64,000 nt of DNA, from positions 32,001 through 96,000 of IMG/VR virus record IMGVR_UViG_3300036770_005816; one strand, given 5' to 3'. Made by a program: the position numbers and the translations under genes. This DNA comes from a virus. The notes under the pieces were generated by a model. The model saw only the letters and a list, made by a program, of their open reading frames with translations. It did no database searches and had not been told where the DNA came from. Shown here one piece after another: positions 38,600 through 48,802 of this stretch. Every line of letters starts with the position of its first letter. The first letter of the stretch is position 1.

Positions 38600-38955
38600 T
38601 GGTTCACCTGAACTCTCACATTTGCGTTTAGTGTTCGCAACGAATCCAACGCCGACCTCACGGACAGCAACTTCTCCCGTTTCGCTTTCACCAACGCCTC
38701 AGCAATCTTGTATCCGTACACCTCGTCGGACAGTTTGTAGTCAGCCCACGCTTCCCGCTCTTTTATAGACCCCTTCGCAGACAGATACTCTTTCGCCCAA
38801 TTTGCTTTCATCAACGCTTCTTTCTTGGCGCAGTCCACACTCAGCGTTTCGAACGCTTCGGTTTCCTCCTCCATTTGCGCCATCAAACGCATCATTTCAC
38901 GCTCGATGTCCACCTGTGAAATCGGTTGTGTTCTCGTCACGACAGTCCCGTCCAA
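38596..38955 (-). CDS. Hypothetical coiled-coil protein
   Basis: LDSLRTLNANVR C-terminus; coupled to RuvC-like gene. Confidence 0.6.
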   Translation of the reverse strand: MDGTVVTRTQPISQVDIEREMMRLMAQMEEETEAFETLSVDCAKKEALMKANWAKEYLSAKGSIKEREAWADYKLSDEVYGYKIAEALVKAKREKLLSVRSALDSLRTLNANVRVQVNQ

Positions 38956-39446
38956 TCAACTTTCTCCAACGCCGATAACTGTTGGGCAGACCAAGCGTAT
39001 TCACTCGAACCGAGTTTCGCAATAAGCATCTGTTCGAGAATCCAAGCGTCACAACGGTCATCGCCATCTCCGCCACCCCACACAATGCCCGTCATCGCCG
39101 AGATAGCCGACACAACTTCGGACTTTCCCGCATTTCCTTTCCCTGTTGCGAACTTCGCACGGCAAGTCGGGGGGATTTCGATGTACGGGATTCCCCTCTC
39201 GAACAAGGCGACCCTGACAACTCCGCCGAGTTCGCCAATCGAGTGCGCCTGAGAGTTGCGGGACATGTAAGAGTAGCCCTCCACTCCGACGACCTGTATG
39301 CGTTGCCCTTCACAGATGTTCATCACCCTGTCTCTGATTTCGACGAGACGCTCAGCACCACGGGTGGTTGGGCGGATACTTTCCGTGTTCCCGTTGTAGG
39401 AAACGCCCGTCGAAGTGAGCGACAAGTCGAGTCCGAGCGTGTTCAC
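38937..39446 (-). CDS. RuvC-like Holliday junction resolvase
   Basis: LGLDLSLTSTG, VGVEG, KFATGKGNAGK, DDRCDA. Confidence 0.85.
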   Translation of the reverse strand: MNTLGLDLSLTSTGVSYNGNTESIRPTTRGAERLVEIRDRVMNICEGQRIQVVGVEGYSYMSRNSQAHSIGELGGVVRVALFERGIPYIEIPPTCRAKFATGKGNAGKSEVVSAISAMTGIVWGGGDGDDRCDAWILEQMLIAKLGSSEYAWSAQQLSALEKVDWTGLS

Positions 39447-39462
39447 GAGGCAAACAATACAA

Positions 39463-39503
39463 CAAAAAAGCGCGTGCCACCCGAAACCGAGTGGACACGC
39501 GCC
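39463..39503 (-). terminator. Rho-independent terminator
   Basis: GCGCGTG..CAC..GTG..CACGCGC stem with AAAAAA on plus strand (U-tract on minus). Confidence 0.6.
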
Positions 39504-39524
39504 TTATTGTGCGTGACAGCAGAT

Positions 39525-39905
39525 TTAGAGGTTCTTGCCTCTGTAAGCAATGGCGACAGTGAAACCCGTGCCTGCCGTGCCTGAGCCAACCTGGTCTACG
39601 TCAACGGTGATGACATCACCAGCAGCGAACGACTTGACTGCCGCTGCGCCGGCGGTTGCCGAGACAGCAGCCGCGGCAACGGTGGGGCGGTTCGCCTGCG
39701 TTGTGAAAATGGTAGTCCCGTTCTTGTTGACATCGAAAATCGCTGACGACCCTGCGGGTGCGCTGAGCACCGACACGGTTACACCGACGATGTGACCTGC
39801 GACGGGCATGCGAACCCGCGCCTTACCTGTGCCTGTGGACAGGACTTCTTCGCTTGACAGTGTGACGATTCCCGCCAACTGCTTTCCGTTTCTCCATGTG
39901 CTCAT
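39525..39905 (-). CDS. Probable virion beta-sandwich (decoration-like) protein
   Basis: G/A/T/V-rich, FDVNKNGTTIFT...AGDVITVDVDQVGS. Confidence 0.55.
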   Translation of the reverse strand: MSTWRNGKQLAGIVTLSSEEVLSTGTGKARVRMPVAGHIVGVTVSVLSAPAGSSAIFDVNKNGTTIFTTQANRPTVAAAAVSATAGAAAVKSFAAGDVITVDVDQVGSGTAGTGFTVAIAYRGKNL

Positions 39906-39972
39906 TGCTTTTCTCCCCCGCACGCCTCAGCGCACGAACTAATGGTTTATGTTACCTAACAGAATACCACAA

Positions 39973-40353
39973 TCAGCGTTCCCAACTTCTTTTTGCGAGA
40001 CCCAACTCGAACGCTAACTGCGGGTTTTCCCCGATTCGCCGATGGCACGGGCGACAGACCGCAATACAATTCGTCTCATCTGTGATGCTTCCGCCTTGTG
40101 AGCGTCGTACCAACTCGTGGATGTCCCGCGAAGGTCGTTTGACGAAGACTGCTTTCCCGTCGTAGCCCGCGAAGATTTGGCACGCTTCGCACCACGGGCG
40201 TTCTTTGAGGAGGCGGGCGACGAGCGGTTTCCTTTCTTCGTCATACACCTTCTGCCGTTTCTTTGACCGTTTGTTGAGCGGGGTGCGTTTGAGCGGTTTC
40301 CCGCGTTTCACCCTCTGAGCCTTTGCCCGCATTTCAGACAAAACTCTGACCAC
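39973..40353 (-). CDS. HNH endonuclease
   Basis: CEAC...DIHE...RSQGG...NCIAVCRPCH. Confidence 0.8.
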   Translation of the reverse strand: MVRVLSEMRAKAQRVKRGKPLKRTPLNKRSKKRQKVYDEERKPLVARLLKERPWCEACQIFAGYDGKAVFVKRPSRDIHELVRRSQGGSITDETNCIAVCRPCHRRIGENPQLAFELGLAKRSWER

Positions 40354-40634
40354 GGGTACGATTTCCTGTGGGAGAGCGGATGTTGGCAGTTCACCAACTC
40401 GTTTGCTTTCCCGACTGCGACTTCACGAACGAACTCCGACATCGATTTCCCTTCGTGTTCGGCAGCCTTCTTGATGAGTTCGTGGTCTTCTTTGCTTGCT
40501 CGAATCAAGATTTGGCTTTGCGCGGGTTCGCCTTCTTGTGTTCGCGGGACTTTCTTGCGAGACGGGGTGAGCGTTTCGGCGACTTTGCTCATCGCTTGTT
40601 CGAGGTTGCTTGGTTCTTTGTTCTCGTCATTCAT
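40308..40634 (-). CDS. Ribbon-helix-helix protein (DUF1778-like) with C-terminal Zn motif
   Basis: QILIRASKEDHELIKKAAEHEGKSMSEFVR; CQH...CLKC. Confidence 0.65.
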   Translation of the reverse strand: MNDENKEPSNLEQAMSKVAETLTPSRKKVPRTQEGEPAQSQILIRASKEDHELIKKAAEHEGKSMSEFVREVAVGKANELVNCQHPLSHRKSYPWSEFCLKCGQRLRG

Positions 40635-41056
40635 TGTTTGTCGCCTTTCGCCAAATACTCTTCTGCTTTTTGGACTGAATCTTTCAGGTTTTCCGACCAT
40701 TGATGGTTGAGTTTGCTTGCCCACGGGGTGTGGAACCATTGCGGGAACTTCCCTGCGGCAGCCAGGTCCGATGAGAGTGGGTCGCGTTTGTTGAGTTCTT
40801 CGCTTGCTTGGATGGCGCGAGTAATCCATTCTTGCTGTTCTTTGACCCACGCGTTTGCTTGGTCTAGTTCTGCTTCTGTTGGGGAGTCGTCTAGTCCCGC
40901 CGATGCGAGGATGGATTGGATGATGTTGTCGGGTGGCAGGAAGTCTTTGAGTTCGGGGTCTTCGAAGTCGAGTGTTGCGTCGCTTGTGGTGGCTATCACC
41001 AATTCCCTGATTTCTTGGGGGAGTTGGTTGGCGACTATTTGTGCGGTGATTTTCAC
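40631..41056 (-). CDS. Hypothetical protein
   Basis: 141 aa ORF, ATGA overlap. Confidence 0.55.
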   Translation of the reverse strand: MKITAQIVANQLPQEIRELVIATTSDATLDFEDPELKDFLPPDNIIQSILASAGLDDSPTEAELDQANAWVKEQQEWITRAIQASEELNKRDPLSSDLAAAGKFPQWFHTPWASKLNHQWSENLKDSVQKAEEYLAKGDKQ

Positions 41057-41174
41057 GAGACTAGATTAGTTGAGAGTTTGCTATCGCGATGCGACAGGTT
41101 GTGTTAGGTGAGCCTTACATGGTGACTTTTGTCCCCTTGACAAACCCCTTGTCACCTATTATGATGGTAGTTAG

Positions 41175-41924
41175 ATGAACACACTAACCTACATACCAAA
41201 CCTAGATAACACGAAAACCGATACACAGCGCGTGCTATTCGCAGGCGACATACACGGCGAAATCGGACACGCAAAGTTCGTGTTCGCGGAAGCAAAGCGT
41301 CAGAACGCTACCCACATCATCGCATGTGGCGACTTCGGCTATTGGGTACACATGCCCAAAGGCGAAAAGTTCGTAAATCAAGTTGCTGAACTCGCAGAAA
41401 AAAACCAAATCAAGTTCCTGTGGGTAGACGGCAACCACGAAAACCACGACCTGCTCAACGACCTCGTAGACATCTACGGAGACTCAGAACCGATTGACAC
41501 ACCAAACGAATGGTGTCAATGGATACCTCGCGGATGTCGTTTCGTCATCGGAGACACCGAGTTCATGGGCTACGGAGGCGCGTACAGCGTCGATTGGCTA
41601 CACCGCGTGGAAGGCGTTTCATGGTGGAGAGGCGAACTCATCAACCCGTACCACATCGACCAACTCCCCGACGGCAAAGTGGACATCCTCATCACGCACG
41701 AAGCACCGTTCGGTCAGGCAATCTCCTACAAAGATGACATCCCCGTAAGCGTCGCGCAACGCGCGCTTGTATCAGAACTCGTACAACGGTTCTCACCGAA
41801 GCGAGTCATCTGCGGTCACCACCACACGCGCGAAACTTGGAAAGACGAAAACGGCATCACAACCGTAGATGTCTTGGGTCGCGACGGAATGGGCAAAGAA
41901 AGCGTCTTGGTGCTAGATGTCTGA
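41175..41924 (+). CDS. Calcineurin-like metallophosphoesterase
   Basis: GDIHG, CGDFG, DGNHE, THEAP, CGHHH; TTGACA-N17-TATGAT promoter just upstream. Confidence 0.9.
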   Translation: MNTLTYIPNLDNTKTDTQRVLFAGDIHGEIGHAKFVFAEAKRQNATHIIACGDFGYWVHMPKGEKFVNQVAELAEKNQIKFLWVDGNHENHDLLNDLVDIYGDSEPIDTPNEWCQWIPRGCRFVIGDTEFMGYGGAYSVDWLHRVEGVSWWRGELINPYHIDQLPDGKVDILITHEAPFGQAISYKDDIPVSVAQRALVSELVQRFSPKRVICGHHHTRETWKDENGITTVDVLGRDGMGKESVLVLDV

Positions 41925-42225
41925 CATCATCCACGACGACTTCATTGACGAACGCGACTTCGTACAATCGTTTGACGAGTTCAGCGAACAAATCGAAGCA
42001 TCGTACGCAAACACACCACTAGTCGGCATCGTCAGATACGCACCAAACCACGGAGGGTTCGCAATCTACGGACCATTCGCAGACGGCAAAGAAGCGATGC
42101 GTTGGATGCGACAAGTCGCGTCTCGCGTACGGGTGGAGTTCGTACCGTTGGAAGACCCATCGGTGAACCGCACATACAACGATTTCTACGACCCAAAACA
42201 AAGCAAACGATACGGAGGAAAATAA
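41917..42225 (+). CDS. Hypothetical protein
   Basis: Overlaps upstream gene. Confidence 0.55.
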   Translation: MSDIIHDDFIDERDFVQSFDEFSEQIEASYANTPLVGIVRYAPNHGGFAIYGPFADGKEAMRWMRQVASRVRVEFVPLEDPSVNRTYNDFYDPKQSKRYGGK

Positions 42226-42623
42226 TGAACAATCAAGCAGTAGTAGTACGAACCGACGGAAGCATCAACTTCATTCCGCTCAACGACAGCGAAGCAATCC
42301 GTCGCGAGGTCGGCGGGTGGTTTGATGTCGCACGCGAAAGCAACGGGTACAACCTCCGTGCGTATGTAAACGACACGGGCATCATCGACAAACTAGAACC
42401 AAACGCAATCGTCTCAATGCTCTTCGGCATCATCCTGTGTGGTGATGCGGTCATCGTATCCAACGACGAAGAAGGCTACGACACCGCACCACCAGACAGT
42501 TTCTTCACGGAAGATTTCGCGGAACAAGCACGCGAAATGAACGGAAATCTCCCCCTACGGATAAACCTTTCCGACCTCCGCGACAAAATCGCGAAGCAAC
42601 CGTTCGAAATCAGAACCCTCTAA
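42225..42623 (+). CDS. DUF3846-like protein
   Basis: IRREVGGWF...YVNDTG...LEPN...LCGDAVI; GGAGG RBS. Confidence 0.6.
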   Translation: MNNQAVVVRTDGSINFIPLNDSEAIRREVGGWFDVARESNGYNLRAYVNDTGIIDKLEPNAIVSMLFGIILCGDAVIVSNDEEGYDTAPPDSFFTEDFAEQAREMNGNLPLRINLSDLRDKIAKQPFEIRTL

Positions 42624-43082
42624 TCAGAAAGGTTCTTCGGTCTCCTCAACGAGAGCAGGCTGAGCCTTCTTCGCAGGCGCAGATGAACGCGTCGCCGTAC
42701 GAGCAGGCGGGACTGAACCGTTAGCCGACTTCTCTTTCTTGTTGTACGAATCGACTCCGTACACGGAAAGACCGATGTTGTCGGCGAGAACCTCGACGGT
42801 CGAACGCTTGTTGCCTTCCTTGTCTTCCCATGAACGCTGTTCCAAACGACCCGTGATGACGACTTTGCTTCCCTTCGAGAGGACATTCCCGCCGTCTTCG
42901 GCGAGAGTGCGCCACGCAACAATGTTGAAGAACGAAGTCTTCTCCTGCTTCTCACCTGCTTGGTCTGTCCAATAATGGTTACAGGCGATGCTGAAACTGA
43001 GTTTCGCTGCTCCGCTGGAAAGGTATTCCAACTTTGGGTCGGCGGTGAGATTGCCGACGAGGGTTACGGGTGATGCTGACAC
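42624..43082 (-). CDS. ssb: Single-stranded DNA-binding protein
   Basis: VTLVGNLTADP, GRLEQRSWEDKEG, acidic EEPF tail. Confidence 0.93.
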   Translation of the reverse strand: MSASPVTLVGNLTADPKLEYLSSGAAKLSFSIACNHYWTDQAGEKQEKTSFFNIVAWRTLAEDGGNVLSKGSKVVITGRLEQRSWEDKEGNKRSTVEVLADNIGLSVYGVDSYNKKEKSANGSVPPARTATRSSAPAKKAQPALVEETEEPF

Positions 43083-43167
43083 TTCGGTTCCTCCTAGTGT
43101 GATGTAGTCCCGCCTATCGGAACTAACGAGGCAACACTAGCAGGGAACCAGCACACACGCAACTAGG

Positions 43168-43449
43168 ATGGCGCACATGGCAAAGACGAACGAAGAAACT
43201 CGCTTGGAAATCCACGAAATAATCACCGAAATCTTGGTCACCTTGGCGGTTGATGACGAAACCACAGACGAAGAGGTTGCGGTGTTCGAGGAAGAAATGG
43301 GAAACATCGCTTCGCTTGTTCTCGACTCGCTGAACTTCTCGGTCACTTCGGTCGAGGTAGATGACAACGGGACTACGAACTTGGTTGCCTCGCTGTCCTA
43401 TGAGGATGGCGACCCGATTAGCGAGGAAGAACTCAGCGAACTCGGTTGA
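43168..43449 (+). CDS. Small acidic protein
   Basis: Very E/D-rich 93 aa ORF. Confidence 0.5.
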   Translation: MAHMAKTNEETRLEIHEIITEILVTLAVDDETTDEEVAVFEEEMGNIASLVLDSLNFSVTSVEVDDNGTTNLVASLSYEDGDPISEEELSELG

Positions 43450-43452
43450 GTT

Positions 43453-43923
43453 TCACCAAAACTTGCGTCGCTTCTTGCGGGTTGGGTGCTTGTCTTGTAG
43501 CACTTCGTTCACGGCTTTCTTGGCGTAGAACTGTGAGAGTTTGTACACCTCGTAGTGGAGTTCCCGTACTGCGTCGGTGTTCCTGACCTTCCCCCACATT
43601 TCGGGGTCGTAGCCGTCAAAGACCTTGAAGAACATTTCTTCCACATCCGACTCGGAGAGAACGATTTCCAAATCCCATCCGTGGCGTCGCTGTACATAGT
43701 TCATGATGAAATCGCTGACTTCTTCGTCGTCGTCGAACTGCTCGTACAGTTCATCCAAATAGTCCCGCACTCTGCGGTTCATGTCGTCTTCTTTCTCTAT
43801 GTGTTGTGCGATGAACTTCGAGAGTTCTTCGATGATGTTGCGTGGCACTTCCAACTCGGGGAGAGGTACGACGATTGGTTCTTCTTCGTCCAACCCGAAA
43901 TCTTGTTCTTCACCGTTTTCCAC
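43453..43923 (-). CDS. Acidic hypothetical protein
   Basis: C-terminal half of 43453..44307 frame; N-terminal half overlaps DUF932 gene and is likely spurious. Confidence 0.55.
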   Translation of the reverse strand: MENGEEQDFGLDEEEPIVVPLPELEVPRNIIEELSKFIAQHIEKEDDMNRRVRDYLDELYEQFDDDEEVSDFIMNYVQRRHGWDLEIVLSESDVEEMFFKVFDGYDPEMWGKVRNTDAVRELHYEVYKLSQFYAKKAVNEVLQDKHPTRKKRRKFW

Positions 43924-43946
43924 AAGAAAATGGTACCACTTGGTGA

Positions 43947-44972
43947 TTACACCAACGAAAGGACAGCCTTTTGAGCGGTAATCTTTCGCTTGGTCACCCA
44001 CGAGTTTTCGTCGATGGATGCCAATGCTCGTTCGGTTGATGTTGCGCTTCGATGATGGTCGAGGTATTCGACAATCGTGTTGTAGATAGACCAACCGTTG
44101 AACCCGTAGCCTCCTGCGTTGCGCTGGTTTGCGTACAAAGCGCGGATAGTCCCGTTGATTTCTTCCCAATTCCTTCGAACGCGGTCGCCGTCGTCGACGC
44201 TTGGTGGTGTGAACACAGCCTCGATAACTTTGTCGACCTTGTTGCTCGATTGGGGTACTGCGATTCCGAGCATTGTTTCTGCTTCTTTGCGGAAATGGGT
44301 TGCCCATTCGGTGGAGATGTGGAGTGCTTCTTGTGCGGTTTTCAGGTACTCGTCCACATTGCGTGTGTGGCGTGCGGTGAAAACTCGTTCCGCTTGCTTG
44401 AGTCCGAGCATCACGGTGTTTTGGCAGACCGCGCGAACATCGGTGTTTGCGTACCGAATCGGCCAGAGTCCGTCGTGTCCGTGGGAGACGACCAAGTAGC
44501 GGGCAATCTTGTCGTTCACGCCCGTCGGGTCGATGATGAGAGTCCCGAGGTCAATCGTGGAGAAGAATCGTGCGCCCCTTTTCAGAACTCCGCAGGTGTC
44601 GATGATGGCGTCGCCTGATGACGCGCCGACGACCGCGAGTGCGCGTTCCAATACTTCGCGGTTTTGTCGGACATCGTAACGAGTTCCGACGGTTGAGAGT
44701 GCGTCAAATGTGCCGTTTTCGTTCACTCGTACGGTTGCTCGGCTATCGTCCACGATGACGGGTGTGCCGTCGGCGTTGAGGATTGGGTTGCCGTCGTCAT
44801 CTGCGACGATAACTTTCGTCAAAATGACCTGATAGTCGGCTTGGGCTGCTTCGAGCATCTCGTCAATGGTCGAGAGTCCCGTCATACGTTTGCCGAGTTT
44901 GTGCCACGGGGTTTCCCCTGCGAAAGCGAACTTTGCGGTTCCGTCGTTGCTGATTTCTATGTTGTGTGCCAT
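43947..44972 (-). CDS. DUF932 (LGT_TIGR03299-like) protein
   Basis: MAHNIE...PWHKLG...SHGHDG...VRAVCQNT...RHT...WSIYNTIVEYLDH. Confidence 0.85.
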   Translation of the reverse strand: MAHNIEISNDGTAKFAFAGETPWHKLGKRMTGLSTIDEMLEAAQADYQVILTKVIVADDDGNPILNADGTPVIVDDSRATVRVNENGTFDALSTVGTRYDVRQNREVLERALAVVGASSGDAIIDTCGVLKRGARFFSTIDLGTLIIDPTGVNDKIARYLVVSHGHDGLWPIRYANTDVRAVCQNTVMLGLKQAERVFTARHTRNVDEYLKTAQEALHISTEWATHFRKEAETMLGIAVPQSSNKVDKVIEAVFTPPSVDDGDRVRRNWEEINGTIRALYANQRNAGGYGFNGWSIYNTIVEYLDHHRSATSTERALASIDENSWVTKRKITAQKAVLSLV

Positions 44973-45074
44973 AACCCCATAATAGTCGGTTCTCACTAAA
45001 TAGCAACCCCCGAAATAATGCCCCCGTAAATAAACCGCAGGTCTTGGGCGGGTCTAGGTGGCAGGTTTCCGCGC

Positions 45075-45148
45075 TTGACAACCGTACTACAACCGTGCGT
45101 AGTATGGGTAGTACCTACTAGCCCCTTCGGGGAGAAAGGAGAAAAACC
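45075..45148 (+). promoter_or_regulatory. Promoter + CTACTAG-hairpin leader
   Basis: TTGACA...GTGCGTAGTAT...CTACTAG-CCCC-TTCG-GGG-AGAAAGGAG. Confidence 0.75.
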
Positions 45149-45346
45149 GTGGCTAACGGCACCGTAGACCGTGGCAGGCTCGTCCTGTCGCGCGAGCAAT
45201 GGGCGGAAATCCATGCGCTGAGGTATGACGCTCGCGCGTACTACTTCCGTCGCGTGCGTCTCGACGGCTGGTCGCACGACGACGCGATGAACTCCATCGC
45301 GCGCATCGAGCGGAACGAGCGTGGCACCATCAACCTGATGTGGTGA
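45149..45346 (+). CDS. Small hypothetical protein
   Basis: Own promoter/leader and downstream bidirectional hairpin (45358-45402). Confidence 0.6.
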   Translation: MANGTVDRGRLVLSREQWAEIHALRYDARAYYFRRVRLDGWSHDDAMNSIARIERNERGTINLMW

Positions 45347-45399
45347 CCGCCTGACCCTAAACCCCCGTCTGCGTGCCTCTTGGCGCGTATGGCGGGGGT

Positions 45400-47325
45400 T
45401 TAGCCGTTTATGCCCAACCCGCGAGACGCGAACAACCCAACAAGGTCACTCGTAGACACATCGCGCGCCACCGTACCGCCTTCGGTAGCCACATCAACAA
45501 CGCCACGCTTACGCTCAATCAGGTCGTAAATCTCCTCATCAATCGTGCCTTCGCATAGCAGATAGGTAGCCGTCACCGAACCCTTCTGCCCGATTCGGTG
45601 GCAACGACCATAGGTTTGGTCTACATCTGCGGGTGTCCACGGCAACTCCACGAACAACACATCTTGCGACGCAGTCAACGTGTGCCCGGTCTTGGCAGCC
45701 TGAATACTCAACACAATCACGGGTGCGTCGGCGCACGACCCGTCTTGGAAACGGGACTTGTGAGCCTCCACCTCCTCCACCGGCATACCGCCCTGAATCT
45801 TCAGACCGCCGAACCGGTTCGCGATTTCATCAACAATGTCCCTGTGGTGAGCAGCCACAACCACTTTCAGACCGGCTTCCGCATGAGACTCAATGAACTC
45901 AACGACCGAATCCATCTTCGCTTTGGCTGCCAGCCGGCGCAAAACCGACAATTTCACCAAATGTTCGTTCGCTTCCGCCTTCATCCGGGCTAAAACGGCT
46001 GCGGACCTGGGTGACAAACCGAGTTCCTCGGCGATTTGTTTCGCTCGTTCCACCAAATACTCGACGATGTCCCGCTCCGCTTTCCTGTACTCCAACATCT
46101 GTGCGGGACTCCCCGTGACGTACACGGGTGCGTGCCGGACTGGCGGCAACTCGGAGAGGACCTGACCTTTCGTGCGCCGAATGTAGCAGTTTCCTCTCAA
46201 CTTCTCGTTTAGTTCATCAAGATTGCTGTGACCTGAGATGTTCCATTGACCGAACCTGTCTCGGAACGCACCGCAATACCGTCGGTAGAAACCCCACCTT
46301 CCGCCGAACAAATCAAGTTTCCCAAGAACTTCCAACTGGCTGGCGTACTCCGCCGGGCGGCTGGTCACCGGCGTGCCGGTTAGACACAACACGATGCCTT
46401 CGGGTTGAACGCGTTTCGCAATCTTCACGGCTGCTTTGGTGCGTTGAGCATCGGGACTCTTGACATAGTGGCTCTCATCGAACACGACGGCTTGGAAACC
46501 TGTGAGTCGCTTCTCCCAATGATGAATGTTGCTGTATCCGACAACAACCACATCGGTCGGTGTTTCGGGAAATGTTTTGCGGTCGGTAATCGTGGACACG
46601 GTGCGGTCAGGCAACCACTTTGCGTACTCTTTCTTCCAATTCAGAACCAAGTTCGGTGGGCAAACCACCAAAACGGGGTACGAATCCATCACATACTCGA
46701 CGGTCGCAATCGCCTGAATCGTCTTCCCAAGACCCATGTCGTCGGCGATGAACGACCTGCGTGCGTGCGACGCATAGGCGACACCTGCCCGCTGATACGG
46801 GAGAAGTGGGAGTCCCGCGACATCAACCTCTGCTTCTGTTGAGCGGGACATCTGTACGGACTCGTCGTGTTTGCTTCTGATTTCCTGCGCCAACAACCTG
46901 AGGTCGTCGGGAACTTTCTCTCGGAAGTTGTCTGCCCACTCGATTGCTTCTGTTATCGACGAAACGGGTGCTCTCCACGCTTTCGTTTTGGTGTGCCAAG
47001 TAACGCTCGGTATCTGCTTTACTGCTTTCACCTTCACAGGGTCGTAGGTGAACGAGAGATAGATGTAGTCGCCTTCCAACCGCACTCCGAACACTTGGTT
47101 CAGCGGGGTCGGCAAATCAAATGTGAGTATCTGCGGGTCTACGGTGAACCCGTGTTTGTTCCCGAAGTCCCGTATCTCGGCGAGCGAGGTGGCGGGTATG
47201 CGCCATGCTTTGGCAAGTTTGTCCCATTTCGCTCCGCTGATTTGTTTGATTTCTGCGACTTGGTCTGCGTCGTACGGGAAGTAGGCGACGATGTGGTCGT
47301 CGTTGAGTAGTAGTTGTTTGTCCAC
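45400..47325 (-). CDS. SNF2/HARP-like (SMARCAL1-type) helicase
   Basis: ADDMGLGKT, FDESH, LTGTP, QTYGRCHRIGQ; two N-terminal HARP-like repeats (KQIxxxxW...KAWR). Confidence 0.9.
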   Translation of the reverse strand: MDKQLLLNDDHIVAYFPYDADQVAEIKQISGAKWDKLAKAWRIPATSLAEIRDFGNKHGFTVDPQILTFDLPTPLNQVFGVRLEGDYIYLSFTYDPVKVKAVKQIPSVTWHTKTKAWRAPVSSITEAIEWADNFREKVPDDLRLLAQEIRSKHDESVQMSRSTEAEVDVAGLPLLPYQRAGVAYASHARRSFIADDMGLGKTIQAIATVEYVMDSYPVLVVCPPNLVLNWKKEYAKWLPDRTVSTITDRKTFPETPTDVVVVGYSNIHHWEKRLTGFQAVVFDESHYVKSPDAQRTKAAVKIAKRVQPEGIVLCLTGTPVTSRPAEYASQLEVLGKLDLFGGRWGFYRRYCGAFRDRFGQWNISGHSNLDELNEKLRGNCYIRRTKGQVLSELPPVRHAPVYVTGSPAQMLEYRKAERDIVEYLVERAKQIAEELGLSPRSAAVLARMKAEANEHLVKLSVLRRLAAKAKMDSVVEFIESHAEAGLKVVVAAHHRDIVDEIANRFGGLKIQGGMPVEEVEAHKSRFQDGSCADAPVIVLSIQAAKTGHTLTASQDVLFVELPWTPADVDQTYGRCHRIGQKGSVTATYLLCEGTIDEEIYDLIERKRGVVDVATEGGTVARDVSTSDLVGLFASRGLGING

Positions 47326-47334
47326 GAATCTAGT

Positions 47335-47880
47335 TTAGAGTTCGTCGTCTGAGATTCGTTTCTTGATTTCGTCGGTGAACATTTGACCCAAAAGGATTGT
47401 TGTTTGGGTTAGGTGGTTGCGTTCGCTTTCGGACATTCTTGCCCATTCGGTAACAATCGAGACGAGCCTTCCTGCGTGTACGGTGTCGGTGACTGCGGTG
47501 CGTGCTTTTTGGTTGTTTTCTTTTGCCCAACCGAGAACATTTATGAGGTCTCGAATCGTTCGTTCTTCTGCTAGTTCGTCAAGCATGGAGATGATTTTGC
47601 TGTCTGCTCCGCTGTTGTGGTTTTCTGCTAAGCCGTTTTGTTCGTAAACGATTTCTGATTGTTCTAGGTACATGAGTTGGTAGTACTCCGCTACTTCCAC
47701 TAGGTCGTTTGGTCGCCTACACCAAGTTCCCATTGGTGCGTTGTCTACCCGTCTCCAAGTGTCTAGGTGCCATTCCTTCATGGCGATAGATGTTCTCAGT
47801 TCGCCTAATCGTGTTCGCCGTCTGTCTCCGTCGTCGTAGTAGCCGTCGTCGATTATGAAGTCAATCATTTGCGAATCCAT
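47335..47880 (-). CDS. Hypothetical protein
   Basis: 181 aa ORF. Confidence 0.55.
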   Translation of the reverse strand: MDSQMIDFIIDDGYYDDGDRRRTRLGELRTSIAMKEWHLDTWRRVDNAPMGTWCRRPNDLVEVAEYYQLMYLEQSEIVYEQNGLAENHNSGADSKIISMLDELAEERTIRDLINVLGWAKENNQKARTAVTDTVHAGRLVSIVTEWARMSESERNHLTQTTILLGQMFTDEIKKRISDDEL

Positions 47881-48019
47881 TTCCCTTCGACGAGAACGAA
47901 TCCCATGTGCTCTGCGTAGTCGGGGTCGTCGTGAAACGCCACATTTCGACAGTAGTCACAGATTTCGTTGTGGTAGTAAAACCGTGTAGTTGGACAAGTA
48001 CATACTTCTTTTGTGTTCA

Positions 48020-48346
48020 TCAGCACTCCTCGTAGATGTTTCCGTTATTTGCTATTTTTAGTGAGCAATCTTGGTTTGTTGGTAGGTAGATGTTGTCGCC
48101 TGATTGGATTACCGTTCCGTAGACTGCGACAAGTTTGTCGGTGACCACCTGAATGTTGCCGTCGCATTTCTTTTCTGCGATGCTCCATAGCGTGTCGTAT
48201 GCGAAAACCTTGTGCGGTGTCGTGTCGCAGGTGAACCGTTCAGCGTTTCTACCGCCGATTGCCAACGCCACCATTGACGCTACCGCTAATCCCAACAACA
48301 TGAGCGTGTTGCGTAGGTTGCGTGAACGATACTTGTGCGTGTTCAT
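48020..48346 (-). CDS. Membrane-anchored LysM-like protein
   Basis: TM helix then HKVFAYDTLWSIA...IQSGDNIYLP. Confidence 0.65.
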   Translation of the reverse strand: MNTHKYRSRNLRNTLMLLGLAVASMVALAIGGRNAERFTCDTTPHKVFAYDTLWSIAEKKCDGNIQVVTDKLVAVYGTVIQSGDNIYLPTNQDCSLKIANNGNIYEEC

Positions 48347-48527
48347 TTAGCGACCTTCGCTTCTTGGTCTTTTTCCCAAAGTGCTTCCGCTTTCTCTGCG
48401 ATTGTGTCGTCGTACTTGTCGGTAGCCCACACATCGTCGCTGAGTGGTAGCCACGCTGACTCAACAAGGTTGTTGGTCGCTCGTTCCCAATACTCGTCAA
48501 TCGTGTCTTGGTCTTGGTCGAACAAAC

Positions 48528-48752
48528 TCATTTCTCCTGAACCTTGCCCTTCGTGGTGTCGAACACTTCGTCGATAAGGTTTTTCCAAACCTCGAACTGA
48601 TTGTTTTCGTAGTCGCCCGTGATTGCCTGCTCGTATGTAATCTTTCCGAGAAGGTTCATCGGTATGCCGAGCACGAGTGCGTCGGTCGCCGAGTAGACGA
48701 TGTTGTCTAGATAGTCCTTCTTGGTGTCGTCTGATTCTGTTGATGTACTCAT
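48528..48752 (-). CDS. Small hypothetical protein
   Basis: Preceded by CTACTAG-GAAAGG leader. Confidence 0.55.
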   Translation of the reverse strand: MSTSTESDDTKKDYLDNIVYSATDALVLGIPMNLLGKITYEQAITGDYENNQFEVWKNLIDEVFDTTKGKVQEK

Positions 48753-48802
48753 TGGGTTCCCTTTCCTAGTAGTTGGTTATTACACAATACATAACATACT
48801 AC